DNA of 64,000 nt from positions 588,472 to 652,471 of the forward strand of contig JBBIRK010000001.1 in NCBI GenBank assembly GCA_037441845.1. Reading direction: 5' to 3'. Below, piece by piece: positions 9,701-19,900 of the stretch (its first letter is position 1; each line of letters begins with the position of its first letter). This DNA is from Candidatus Zixiibacteriota bacterium. Its GTDB lineage: Bacteria > Zixibacteria > MSB-5A5 > UBA10806 > 4484-95. The position numbers and the translations under genes were made by a program. Below the pieces are notes generated by a model. The model was not told the origin of the DNA and searched no databases. It saw only the letters and a list, made by a program, of their open reading frames with translations.

Positions 9701-11906
9701 CCTGGGCAATACGGGTCTTCCCGACACAAGCACCCCCAACAACCTGATTGCCGTTTGGTGGGATGATATGAATCCCGACACGGGGGGCAGCGTCTATTAC
9801 TATTTTGACGCGTCCAACAATTATTTCGTCGTAAGCTATATCGGCGTGCCGAGGTATTCGAGTTATGGATCCCACACTTTCCAAGCCATTCTGTATCCGA
9901 ATGGAAAGATAAAGTTACAGTACGGCGTCATGGATCCTGGCGGTTATTACGAGGAACTCAGGAGCGCCACCATCGGCATCGAAAACTCTTCGGGAACCGA
10001 TGGCTTGCAGGTCGTTTACAACGCCGACTACATGCACGACAGCCTGGCCATCGAGATCGATCGCGGCTGGCTGTTTGTATCCCCGGCTTCCGGAGTGGTT
10101 CCGCCGCACAGCAACCTGATCGCTCCCGTTACTTTCGATGGCACGTCTCTGAATATCGGCACCTATACCGGCACCGTCCATCTTTCCAGCAACGACAGTT
10201 TGAATCCCCTGGTGAATATCCCCGTGGTTTTCAATGTCGGCTCCGGCGGCACACCTAATATAGTTATCACACCGACCTCTTTTGCCGACAGCCTCGCCTC
10301 GGACAGCACGGTGAGTAAATCGCTTAAGACCAAAAACACCGGCACCGGCACTTTGGCGGTTACTTACAGCACCGCCAGTCCATGGATACAATTCAGCGGC
10401 GGGGCGCGCTACATTTCGCCGGGCGATAGTGTGCTGATAGATATCACGCTGAACAGCGCAGGGCTTAACCCCGGCACCTACAACGGCGCCATTCATTTCA
10501 CCAGCAACGATCCGGATACTCCTTCGGGCGACCTTAACGTAACGCTGAAAGTATTCGAGCCGAACATCTCGGTTTCGCCATTGTCCATTGTCGATACGCT
10601 GGCTCCGGGATCGAGCGATGTCAAGCATTTGCTTATTAGTAATAGCGCTCGGGGCAATCTCGATTACACCATTACTTACACCATGTTCGGAAGGCGCAGG
10701 ATCAGCGGCGGCGCGTCGTTTGCAAGCCGAACAGCGGAGGCCTCCTCGACCACGATACGCCATATAAATCCGGAACCGCTGAGATCCAAATCCGATCCCG
10801 AGACATATTACCCGCCGGTTATAAACAACAGCGGCGGCCCCGATGCTTTCGGTTATCGTTGGGTCGATTCAAACGAGCCCAACGGCCCGGTATATAACTG
10901 GGTAGACATAAGTTCGATCGGCGTTCCTATCGGCCCGCTCTATGACGACGATAATCAGGGCCCGTTCCCGATCGGCTTCAATTTCAATTTTTACGGCGGC
11001 GTTTACTCGACTTTCCAATTCTGTTCCAATGGATGGATATCATTCACCTCTACCTCGACAGCGTATTACAATTACGGCCTTCCCGATCCCTATGCACCGT
11101 TTGATCTGGTCGCACCGTTCTGGGACGACCTGTATTTCCCGGGCGGCGGCAACGCCTATTACTACACCAATAACATCGACAGCTTGGTTGTTTCCTGGGA
11201 AAATGTGCCGCATTATTATATCGGAGGGCCATATACGTTCCAGTTGATCTTGCTCGGCAGCGGCAAGATGGTGTTCCAGTATCAGATGTTGAACGATCCC
11301 GACAGCTCGGCTACGGTCGGAATTCAAAATTCGGATGCTTCGATCGGTCTTGAAGTGGTCTATAATGCCCCGTATCTGGTGAACAATCTGGCCGTCGAAA
11401 TCCGGCCCGCTTGGCTGCTGGTCACTCCGACCGCCGGACGTGTCGATCCGTTTTCCAGCGACACCATTGATGTCGTTCTCGATGCCGGCGATCTCGACAA
11501 TGGGACCTACACCGGGCAGATCGACATCTTCTCCAACGATCCCGATGCCCCGACGATAACGATTCCCGTCACTCTGGTTGTCGGTGGTGGTGGCGGCGGC
11601 GAGTGCGACTATGTCCAAGGTGACATTAATGGCGACGGTCAGCTGCTGGGAGGCGATGTCACCTTCGGCGTCCGTTATTTCAAGGGATTCGGTTTGCCGC
11701 CGCCGGACAGCTGTTATATGGACTCGATATCCGGGTATCTATATGTGGCCGGCGATGTGAACGGTAATTGCGAATTCCGCGGCTCGGACATCACCAGATT
11801 GGTGGGGTATTTCAAGGGGACGGCGGAATTGAGCTATTGTCATTTCTTCCCGCCGCCGCCGTTGAGACAGAACCGCGAAGCCGAAATTAAACCTATCGAG
11901 AAATAG
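6744..11906 (+). CDS. Secreted S8 (subtilisin/bacillopeptidase F-like) serine protease with carboxypeptidase-regulatory-like, beta-sandwich and Ig-like repeats and a C-terminal dockerin-like module
   Basis: Catalytic motifs MDTGVD, HGTHTMGT, GTSMASPHV; signal peptide and prodomain; C-terminal GDINGDG...GDVNGNC duplicated Ca-loop. Confidence 0.9.
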   Translation: MDMRTFKAFLAMLAVILLWLPAVAGTIDPYLAQKLEGSAKDAYHKVILMMAEQADIYALDQQLTAAKATLAERNRQVVTSLRTIATRTQGPVLAALADLESTGSVKNVINLWIANMIVFEGTADAIRQAASMNEVAMIYFDPPIELIEPVKAKPAPADRVITSHEIGLDRINAPAAWSLGFTGAGRVIANMDTGVDGNHPALASRFRGDVNGNGNYEESWFDPYDTHYPFPTDTHGHGTHTMGTICGRTPSGDTIGVAIDAQWIAAAPIDRGGGIGRTISDAVLSFQWIADPDGNPNTQDNPDAVGNSWGIPDGAGYPNCDQTFWVVIDNCEAAGTAVIFSAGNESTSGLRSPADRATTYYNCFSVGAVDGNDPNLPIAYFSALGPTECATGDLAIKPEVVAPGVDVRSSLPNNSYGYYSGTSMASPHVTGSCAVIRQANPNIDVNSMKNLLMLTATDLGPTGEENTYGHGIINLYLAVLMAAEGGYVEGYIRDAITSLPLPGRVRLVGGLVQTTAGADGHYLMFLPGDTTVTLEASYFGYLPLQYQVAVISDDTVTRDFALNLAPTAVLEGTVSAVGGGNIPNAVVQILDTPIAPETTDANGFYIFPTVPSGSAYRVQVNALGYGRGLDSIFVQYGQTNVLNFSLWPAQDFEITNGGYTGDGAWEWGTPTYGPSGAWSGAKCWGTVLGGTYPDYADDTLKSPPIMVTSPSARLEFYHWYAMESSYDGGNVGVSTDNGATWSVITPDGDYPDRDIGGFGYLEPGYTGNSGGWRSASFDLSSFYNQTIIIRWRFGTDGSVYDAGWYIDDVVLIGTTPPPPPHLSWSPSSFTVDAPPGVIEVRNLTLTNSGDGPLFFNLSTTTNNLLRIPVGQSSPQLNSQSQGEPLGYMAADKSKPGSIEEPYYPPVINNTGGPDAYGHTWIDSDEPNGPVFSWIDITGPGTPVNLYDDSYAGPFSIGFPFEFYGTSYNELYIGSNGILTFGSGSSSLGNTGLPDTSTPNNLIAVWWDDMNPDTGGSVYYYFDASNNYFVVSYIGVPRYSSYGSHTFQAILYPNGKIKLQYGVMDPGGYYEELRSATIGIENSSGTDGLQVVYNADYMHDSLAIEIDRGWLFVSPASGVVPPHSNLIAPVTFDGTSLNIGTYTGTVHLSSNDSLNPLVNIPVVFNVGSGGTPNIVITPTSFADSLASDSTVSKSLKTKNTGTGTLAVTYSTASPWIQFSGGARYISPGDSVLIDITLNSAGLNPGTYNGAIHFTSNDPDTPSGDLNVTLKVFEPNISVSPLSIVDTLAPGSSDVKHLLISNSARGNLDYTITYTMFGRRRISGGASFASRTAEASSTTIRHINPEPLRSKSDPETYYPPVINNSGGPDAFGYRWVDSNEPNGPVYNWVDISSIGVPIGPLYDDDNQGPFPIGFNFNFYGGVYSTFQFCSNGWISFTSTSTAYYNYGLPDPYAPFDLVAPFWDDLYFPGGGNAYYYTNNIDSLVVSWENVPHYYIGGPYTFQLILLGSGKMVFQYQMLNDPDSSATVGIQNSDASIGLEVVYNAPYLVNNLAVEIRPAWLLVTPTAGRVDPFSSDTIDVVLDAGDLDNGTYTGQIDIFSNDPDAPTITIPVTLVVGGGGGGECDYVQGDINGDGQLLGGDVTFGVRYFKGFGLPPPDSCYMDSISGYLYVAGDVNGNCEFRGSDITRLVGYFKGTAELSYCHFFPPPPLRQNREAEIKPIEK
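11604..11860 (+). repeat. Cys-containing dockerin-like module, copy A
   Basis: CDYVQGDINGDGQLLGGDVTFGVRYFKG...DSCY...GDVNGNCEFRGSDITRLVGYFKG...CHFFPPP. Confidence 0.85.
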
Positions 11907-11929
11907 GAAATCGCGATCGGTGAAATCAT

Positions 11930-11963
11930 ACGGCCGGGCTGTTCGGTCCGGCCGTTTGTTTTT
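11930..11963 (+). terminator. Intrinsic terminator after S8 protease gene
   Basis: ACGGCCGGG...TCCGGCCGT hairpin followed by TTGTTTTT. Confidence 0.65.
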
Positions 11964-12065
11964 CTTGATTGCATATTTTGAAAACCGATGCCGGAGAAAT
12001 TTTAACGCCCCTGTCATTCTTCGATGGCGTGAAGCCGTAATGGGTCGGTTCGCTCGGCGCAGATA

Positions 12066-12833
12066 TCAATTGTTGCGCTCGAATGCGAGACGTATGCCCT
12101 GCAGCGTAAGATAGTCGTCGAAATCGCTAACGTTGCGTAGATGACCGCGGAAAATTTTGGCGAGCCCGCCTGTCGCCACCGCTTCTATTTCTGTCAACCC
12201 GAGCTCCGCGGCGATCTTTTCTATCATGAAATCGACGGCACCCACCGCACCCCAGAATATCCCCGACTGCATCGCCGTAGTCGTGTCATCGCCTATCGGT
12301 TTTTCCGGTTTTTTCAGCTCGACCGGATAAAGCCTGGCCGCCTTTTTGAACATATCTTGCGCTGCGCTCATTATCCCCGGCGCTATCGCGCCCCCCGCGA
12401 AATCACCATTGCCGTTGACGACATCGAATTTGGTCGCCGTTCCCATGTCCACCACGACCGAGGGAGCCCCGTAAATGGTCTTCGCCGCCAGCGCGTTCGC
12501 CAGCCGATCCGGTCCGGTTTGCTCGGGTCTGATATAAAGATTTTTCATTCCGATATCGGTCTTGTAGTCGAGCTGCCAGGGTTCTATGCCGAAAAAATCG
12601 AATGCCGTTTCATAGTAAAGAGGACTTAACTGAGGCACAACCGAGCAGAAAGCGATGCTTTTTATTCCCGATTCCTCAGCCGGTCCCAAACCTAACTTGT
12701 CGGCTATCAGCGAGCCGAGAGCATCGGGATCATGGGGGACCGCCGAGGGGATCGAAAAAAAACCTTTCATCTCGTCTTCGACGAACAGCGCCCCCTTGGT
12801 GAAACTGTTTCCGATATCGATGACCAGAAGCAT
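12066..12833 (-). CDS. coaX: Type III pantothenate kinase
   Basis: LLVIDIGNS, GPDRLAN, VVDMGTATKFD, GGAIAPG, VATGG motifs. Confidence 0.97.
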   Translation of the reverse strand: MLLVIDIGNSFTKGALFVEDEMKGFFSIPSAVPHDPDALGSLIADKLGLGPAEESGIKSIAFCSVVPQLSPLYYETAFDFFGIEPWQLDYKTDIGMKNLYIRPEQTGPDRLANALAAKTIYGAPSVVVDMGTATKFDVVNGNGDFAGGAIAPGIMSAAQDMFKKAARLYPVELKKPEKPIGDDTTTAMQSGIFWGAVGAVDFMIEKIAAELGLTEIEAVATGGLAKIFRGHLRNVSDFDDYLTLQGIRLAFERNN

Positions 12834-12834
12834 C

Positions 12835-13919
12835 TTATTCCTCCGTTATTTTCCCTCGATCCACCCGGAATCGCCGGCAAGGCATGCGGCTGAAATCCAG
12901 ATTCCCCGCTGCGGCGATAAACACCTGGCGAAAATCGCCGAGCATCTCGAGCAAAGCCAGACTTTTGTCGCTGTCGAGTTCGGCGAAAGCCTCATCTAAA
13001 AGCAGAACAACATCTCGACCACCAAATTCGGCCGCTTCGCCCGCCGCAGCCAGCATTATCGATATCATCGCGCACCTTTTTTGGCCGCGGGAGCCATAAT
13101 GACGCAACGACTTGCCGCCGAGTTCGATACCGAGGCGGTCGCGGTGGGGCCCCACCAATGTCACTCCGGCCTTTAGTTCGCGCGCCCGGGCGGCCTGCAG
13201 ATGGGCTCTTAATTCACGTTGGGGATTGTCGCCGCAGACGGGATATTTGGGTGCGTAAAAGATATTTAACTCCGCCTTTTCGAATCGTTCATAACGATCG
13301 GCCGCCGCGGCCCTCATTTTTTCGACGAAAGCGGCGCGTTCTTCCATGATGCGAACGGCATCGCCAAGCAAAACCTCGTCCCAGGCCGCAAGCTGCTCTT
13401 CGCCGGCATTCCCGCGGGCGATCTGTTTCAAAAGCTTGTTTCTCTGGGCGAGCGCTTTTTGATAGGAGAAAAGGGTATCGAGATAGGCTCGATTCATCTG
13501 CGATAGATTCAAATCGAAAAAGCGGCGATGATGCATCGACGGTCCGGCGGTCAGCGCGATATCCTCGGGGAAAATGAACGCCGCTGGAAGGGTTCCGAGA
13601 AGCTCGCCGGGTCGAAGTTGGCGGTAACCGTCGGCGACGATTTTCTTTCTGCCGCTGCGGTCGATCCGGATAGTTATTTCTACTTTTTTTTTATGTCGGA
13701 GATATTTCCCTTTATTTCCGCCAGTTCGCGCTCGAAAGCCACCATCTCGGAATCGCTGGCGCCGCGGCACGATTTCGATAAAGCGAACAAGCCGATCGCC
13801 TCGAGCAGATTCGTCTTGCCCGCGCCGTTCGGTCCGTGAAAAAGGTTGATCCCCGGGGCGAACCTGATCGTTTGCCCGACGAGATTACGGAAAGATTCTA
13901 CGGTTATATCGATCAACAT
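12835..13919 (-). CDS. recF: DNA replication/repair protein RecF, split by a single-base frameshift at an A9 tract (13684-13692)
   Basis: 5' ORF has FRNL and GPNGAGKTNLLEAI; 3' ORF has GPHRD, SRGQKR, LLLDE. A -1 shift (or one added A) joins them into about 361 aa. Confidence 0.92.
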
Positions 13920-14010
13920 CGGAATTATCCCGATCGTTCGACTTCGCAGATCGCGCTTAGATTCTGATGCGGAGAGCCGTTCTGTCGCCCTAATCGCAGT
14001 CTATTATGGG

Positions 14011-15126
14011 TCATTCCATCAGCCGTAACGGCATCACCAGATAAAGCGAGATTTCGTCATCGGGTGACTTATTGGGTTTGATCACCGCGGCTGTCGTCGG
14101 GCTGTCCAGCTCGAACCGGGCCTCTTCGTCGTCGATAGCTTTCAGCACGTCGTGTATATAAGTGGCGTTGTAGCCGATATCCATCGGTTGAGCGCTGTAT
14201 GAAACCTTGAGATTTTCCCTCGCTTCGCCCCCGAAATCGAAATTCGCCGCGGTCAGCTCGAGCGTGTTTTCTTTAAGCGAAAACTTCACCTGATGCGTAA
14301 GCGAATTGGAGAGTATGGAAACCCTGCGCACCGCCGCCTGCAATAGATTTTTCTCGACCAGAAGAATTTTGTCGTTTCCTTGCGGCACGACCTGCTCATA
14401 ATTCGGATACGGCCCCTCCAGCAAACGGCTGGTGATAACGGCGTCGCCCAACACGAACACTATCGACCCCTCGTTGAGAATAACGCCCACCTGTTCGACT
14501 TCGTCGCCCACCAACTTCACCAGGTTATCGAGCACTTTGGGGGGAACGATGATATCCTTGCGAGCTCCGCCGATCTTGATATCCTTGCGCAGCACCTTGG
14601 CCAGCCGATGACCATCGGTGGCAACCAGACTCAATCCGTCCTCAGCCGATTGCCAGAGGACGCCGCCCAGCGCCGGACGTGTTTCTTCTTTCGAAATGGA
14701 AAACAATACTTTACGTATCTGGCGGCAGAGCGCCTGGGCATCCACCTTGACTTGCCGGCCGAGATGAATCGCCGGCAGTTTGGGAAAATCCTCTGCGGCG
14801 AATCCCGATAGCTTGTATACGCCCGCCCCGCATTTGATCTCCATGCGGTTGTCCGTCGATGATATTTCGAGATCGTAGTCGGGCAATTCCCTTACGATAT
14901 CCGAAAACACCCGTGCCGGCACGGCGATACTTCCTTTTTTGAGCACTTCCACCTCGACCAACGACGTCATCGAAACGTCCAGGTCGGTTACTTTGAGTTC
15001 GAGCTTATCGCCCTCGAGATCGAAAAGAATGTTCGATAAAATCGGCAAGGTGGATTTCGGTGGCACGATGCTTTGCAGTTTGGAAACGGCGCCGCCCAGT
15101 TTACTCTTATTGGTCCTGAACCTCAT
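14011..15126 (-). CDS. dnaN: DNA polymerase III beta sliding clamp
   Basis: LPILSNI, TDLD, VATDGHRLA, GPYPNYEQV, C-terminal LVMPLRL. Start moved to ATG 15126 behind GGAGG. Confidence 0.98.
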   Translation of the reverse strand: MRFRTNKSKLGGAVSKLQSIVPPKSTLPILSNILFDLEGDKLELKVTDLDVSMTSLVEVEVLKKGSIAVPARVFSDIVRELPDYDLEISSTDNRMEIKCGAGVYKLSGFAAEDFPKLPAIHLGRQVKVDAQALCRQIRKVLFSISKEETRPALGGVLWQSAEDGLSLVATDGHRLAKVLRKDIKIGGARKDIIVPPKVLDNLVKLVGDEVEQVGVILNEGSIVFVLGDAVITSRLLEGPYPNYEQVVPQGNDKILLVEKNLLQAAVRRVSILSNSLTHQVKFSLKENTLELTAANFDFGGEARENLKVSYSAQPMDIGYNATYIHDVLKAIDDEEARFELDSPTTAAVIKPNKSPDDEISLYLVMPLRLME

Positions 15127-15376
15127 TTTTCCTCCACAGCTTAACCGGGCACCCATTATCGGTTTGAGTCCCTTGAAGCCATCCTTGAAAGCTGGAATCA
15201 AATTCTGCGGCGTATATTATCTATGAAATTAGCTCGTCTGTCAATCAAATATTGGTTTGCCCGGATTCGCCCGCTGCGCCGCGGCATAGTCTTTCCGTAC
15301 CCAAATCTCTTGCGCGATAGCCGCCGATAATTTACAATAATGACAGTCGGAAAAATTGATGATGAAAGGATCAGCC

Positions 15377-16177
15377 ATGAGGTTTTTGAAAAATTTATTC
15401 GCCATAATTATCGCTTTGCTGGTTTTCGCCTGCGCCACCGTGCCGGTCACTGGCCGCCGCCAGCTGAGCTTAATCCCCGCCGGCCAGATAAATGCCATGA
15501 GCTTCAATCAATACGCCGAATTCCTCAAGAGCGCAAAACTGTCCAGCGATCAACAGCAAACCGCCATGGTGCGCGCCGTGGGCGCCAGAATCCAAGCGGC
15601 CGTCGAGCAATACTTCGCCGCCAAGAATATGTCAGCGGAGCTTAAAGGTTACCAATGGGAATTCAATCTCGTCGAGGATCCGGCGGTTAACGCCTGGTGT
15701 ATGCCCGGCGGCAAGGTGGTGGTTTATACCGGAATCCTGCCGGTAACCCAAGACGAGACTGGTTTGGCGGTGGTTATGGGACACGAAATCGCGCATGCGA
15801 TCGCCAACCACGGCAACGAACGCATGAGTCAAGGATTGTTGACGCAGATGGGCGGCATGGCTTTGGCCAAAGCACTCGAGGAGAAGCCGCAGCAGACGCA
15901 GAATCTTTTCCTGGCGGCTTTCGGTATCGGCGCCCAGATCGGCGTCCTGTTGCCTTACAGCCGCCTGCACGAATCCGAGGCCGACCATCTCGGTCTGATT
16001 TTTATGGCGATGGCTGGATATGATCCGCATGGAGCGGTCGATTTCTGGAAGCGGATGGCCGCTCAGTCCAAAGGAGCGCCGCCCGAGTTTTTAAGCACCC
16101 ATCCATCCGATGAAATTAGGATCAAGAAGTTGCAGGAATTGATCCCCGAAGCGATGACCTATTATAAGCCTCGATAG
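15377..16177 (+). CDS. M48 family metallopeptidase lipoprotein
   Basis: Lipobox VFAC; NAWCMPGGK, HEIAH, ESEAD, FLSTHPS motifs. Confidence 0.93.
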   Translation: MRFLKNLFAIIIALLVFACATVPVTGRRQLSLIPAGQINAMSFNQYAEFLKSAKLSSDQQQTAMVRAVGARIQAAVEQYFAAKNMSAELKGYQWEFNLVEDPAVNAWCMPGGKVVVYTGILPVTQDETGLAVVMGHEIAHAIANHGNERMSQGLLTQMGGMALAKALEEKPQQTQNLFLAAFGIGAQIGVLLPYSRLHESEADHLGLIFMAMAGYDPHGAVDFWKRMAAQSKGAPPEFLSTHPSDEIRIKKLQELIPEAMTYYKPR

Positions 16178-16388
16178 CCGATTAGTCGATACGCCGGCTC
16201 CGCCGCGCAAGACGATTCGTCGATTTCGCACTATCGAACGAGCTCGGGAAGCAGTGTTCTGCACGAAGATCCAACGGCCGTTGGACGAAAAAATAAGGCG
16301 TCGGGTGTTCGCCTCGACGCCCATAACTTTCATAGCTTGATATTTTCGATTAGTTGATTCCTGATATTTGTTTCTTATTAGCATCCAA

Positions 16389-16796
16389 TTACTTTGCGCA
16401 TTTCTCAGTCACGAAAGGCACATATTTTTTATCCAGGCCCTTTATGTGATTTATCAACCAATTGTTGAGAAAAAGCAATATGTCAGTTGCGACGCCGAGT
16501 TTGCCGGAATCGAAATCTTTTTTGAAACCCGTAACCTTTTGTACGAAATCATCGTGGATTTTCTTGTGAGAAACGGCTTCCGGAAATCCGCAGTTAGAAA
16601 ACAAGCGTTCTTCCGATTTGAAATGATACTTGGTGTAACTGTCAAGCTCGGTGGTTATTTTCCCGAGAATATCTTTGCCTTTGCCCTGGCGCATGGCTTC
16701 GTTAAGTTCATCGATTAACGATAATAGCTTGCGGTGCTGTTGATCTATTTCATCGATTCCCAATTTCAGGGCGTCGGACCATTGCGTAGGCCCCAT
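16389..16796 (-). CDS. Single-domain bacteriohemerythrin
   Basis: W...G...IDQQH, HFKSEE, HKKIH, WLINHI...D di-iron ligand pattern. Confidence 0.93.
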   Translation of the reverse strand: MGPTQWSDALKLGIDEIDQQHRKLLSLIDELNEAMRQGKGKDILGKITTELDSYTKYHFKSEERLFSNCGFPEAVSHKKIHDDFVQKVTGFKKDFDSGKLGVATDILLFLNNWLINHIKGLDKKYVPFVTEKCAK

Positions 16797-16918
16797 GTTT
16801 CTACCCTCCTCTTGACGCAGTTAGTCTTGATATTTTCGCTTTTTTTATCGGCAAGTAATAATGAATTTTTATTTGGCTCGCTTAAAAAAGGGAATCTTGA
16901 CCCAACGCTTTTTTCCAT

Positions 16919-16953
16919 AAAAAAACGCCCCGATCTTTCGGGGCGTCTTTTTT
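16919..16953. terminator. Bidirectional-type intrinsic terminator after the minus-strand S8 gene
   Basis: A-run, ACGCCCCGA-TCTT-TCGGGGCGT, T-run. Confidence 0.8.
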
Positions 16954-16973
16954 CTTTCTTGACTATCAATCGA

Positions 16974-19900
16974 TTACTTCAACATCACCATCTTACGTGC
17001 GATCGAATTGTCGCCCGAAGACAGTCTGTAGAAATAGATACCCGAGCCGACCGAGCCGCCCTCTTCGTTCCGGCCGTCCCAGATCACCTTATGCACACCG
17101 GCCGCCATTTCACGATTGACCAGCGTTTTCACTTTCCTGCCCACGATATCGAAAATTTCCAGTTTCACTGGGCCGGCTGTCGGCAGCCCGAACGAAATCT
17201 CTGTCGTCGGGTTGAAAGGATTCGGGTAATTCTGGGCCAACGAGAACACCGCCGGCAGCGCACCGTCGTTCTCGGCGATATCGGTTCTCACCACCTGCAA
17301 CGTGCATGGCACCGACACCGATTGATGATCGGGATCGTTGGTGATGATCTGGATACTGCCCGTGTACATCCCAACCGGCAGTTCCGAAGCGTCGAACGTG
17401 ACGTTTATGGTTCCGCTTTCGTTGGGGAATATAGCGCCGGCGCGCGGATCGATGGTCAGCCAGAACACCGGGTATCTGATTTCGACGGCCAATTCATTCG
17501 TCAGATAATCCTGGTTGAACGCCACCTGCAAGCCGACGCTGCCGTTGCTGTTCTGGATACCGGTCGTGCTGCTGTTTACCGGGCTGTTCACGGTTTGATA
17601 CTGGAACACTATTTTGCCGCTCGCCAGCAGAATTATCTGGAACGTATAAGGCCCGCCGGTGCCGAAATGTGGAACGTCGTGCCAGGAAACGATAAGCGAA
17701 TCGCCGGTCGAAAGGTAATATGCCGTGCCGGCGGTGGCGAACGTAAGATCATCCCAGAACGGTGCGATAAGGTTGTATGGTTCGGGTGTGCTCGGCAATA
17801 CCCGATTGCTGTAGGTCGTTACCGTCGAGGTGAAACTGATCCACCCATTCGTGCAAAATCTGAAAGTCGAGAACTCGTTTCCATAGAACGGGAAATTGAA
17901 TCCGATATCGAACGGTCCGACGTTCGTATCGTCGCCGAGTCCGGGTATCGGATTGCCTCTCGTGGTGATATCTATCCAGCTGTAATCAGGCCCCTGAGGT
18001 TCGTTCGAGTCGATCCAGCGGTAACCAAACCCATCGGGCCCGCCGAAATCGGTGATCGAGCCGTCGTCGAAGCTGTAATTACGATCGGCCTTTTCTCCTG
18101 CGTAATCATAGTAGGTGAGATCGCCGACTTCATGCTTAACAATGTCGTTGGTATTTTCGTCGTCCGGATATGAAATCGGGTTGCCGCGCAGACGACCGTC
18201 GGTGAGAACATAAGCCGAATAGTTGAGCAAACCGGGACCCCCGTTGGTCAAAACCAGCGGTCGAGTCACCGTCGAGCCGGAATCGAGCACGACATTGAAC
18301 GAGGTTGGGTTGATACCGGTGAGCGAGGGCTCGAGCGCTCCCCAGTTGATTCCGCCGTTGAGCACAACGCCGTCGATAAACCAACCATCGCGGGTGACCG
18401 ACCCATCGGTGCCGAATCTGAATCTGAATTTGACCGTCTGGCCGACATAAGCCCCAACCTGGAACACCGCCTGCAGCCATCCGTTCGATGCGTTGGTATA
18501 GCCGGGCTCTTGTTCCAGGCCGGTTATTTGATCATCGGGGTAGCCGCCGTCAGGATCCAAAACCTGCCAGGTGGCGCCGCCGTCAACGCTTATCGCCAAA
18601 TTACCGCCGTCGTAGCTGTTCTCGAAATTGTACCAGTGGTAAAACGTAAATGTGGCGTTGGAGTCGGTGATCGAAAATGTGGTCGTGTATAGGGTATCAT
18701 CTGCATTGTTGCTATAGCTTCCCGCAAGCCTGTCGGCCCACACGTTGCTTCCGTCGTATGCCTGTCCCGGTCCCGCGCTCGGGGCGCCCCATTCCCAGCC
18801 GCCGGTTCCGACCCAGCCGCCGTTGTTTACCTCGAACGATTCAAGCTCTTGCAAGTAGAAATCCGCACTTACAGTGTCGTTTACAGGCACAAAAAGCGTC
18901 GTCCTACCCGAACCGTGACCGGCTGCCGATGCCTGGATCGTGTAGTTACTGCCGCCCGGAATGTTGGTGAAGATGTAATATCCGTTGCTGTTCGTGGTGA
19001 CCGGATCCAGGGGCGTGCCCACAACTGTCAACTGCGCACCGGCGATCGGGGTGGAATCGGTTTCTTTCACGTAGCCGTCCACGAAACCGTAAGGAGCCGG
19101 CGTTAAAACGAAGTTTTCCATGACCGTGTCATCTTCGGTGATTGTCACCGTGGCGCTGTCCGGAACATGTCCGAAATATTCCGCCACCAAGTTGTAGGTG
19201 GTATCGGCGGGCAGCCCCATGAAGTATGCGCCGTTGGCGTTCGTGGTTACCCGGCGCGGGCTGTTTACCACGGATACTGAGGCGCCGGCAATCGGCCGCT
19301 GCTGCAGGTCTCTGACATAGCCGGTGACATAGCCATAGCCGCTTTGAGCAACCAAACAGGCCTCATACAGATCGATTATTCCATGGCCGTAAAGATTGTC
19401 TTCGCCGTTGGGGCTGCTGAACGGCAGATCACGGGCAGTGCTCATCAGAATCTCTTTTATGGCATCCACGTCAAGGTTGGGATTCACCTGCCGAATGACA
19501 GCAACCGAGCCGGTCACGTGCGGCGATGCCATCGAGGTGCCGCTCATAGTTTGATAGCCGCCGCTGGGCGCCGCGCTGCGGACGTTCACTCCAGGCGCCA
19601 CTACCTCGGGCTTGATCGCCAGATTTCCGGAGGCGCAGAGAGATGGTCCTCTCGATGAGAACGATGCAAGGGGCAACTGAGGATTCGAGCCGTCAACCGC
19701 GCCTACAGAGAAACAGTTGTAAAGAGTGGTTGCCCGGGCCGCCGGTGAGCGCAAACCCTGGGTCGATTCGTTCCCCGCGGAAAACACGACGACCGTTCCG
19801 GCTGCCTCACAGTTGTCGATCACGCGCCAGAACGTGGTGTCGCACTGATGAGCGTAACTCTGCGGAATTCCCCACGAATTGCCGACCGCATCAGGGTTGT

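Noticed and set aside
16734..18173. Long antisense ORFs (also 4699-5394, 9915-10763, 22449-23327, 52053-53174)
   Set aside because: Shadows of well-supported opposite-strand genes in GC-rich coding sequence; no motifs.
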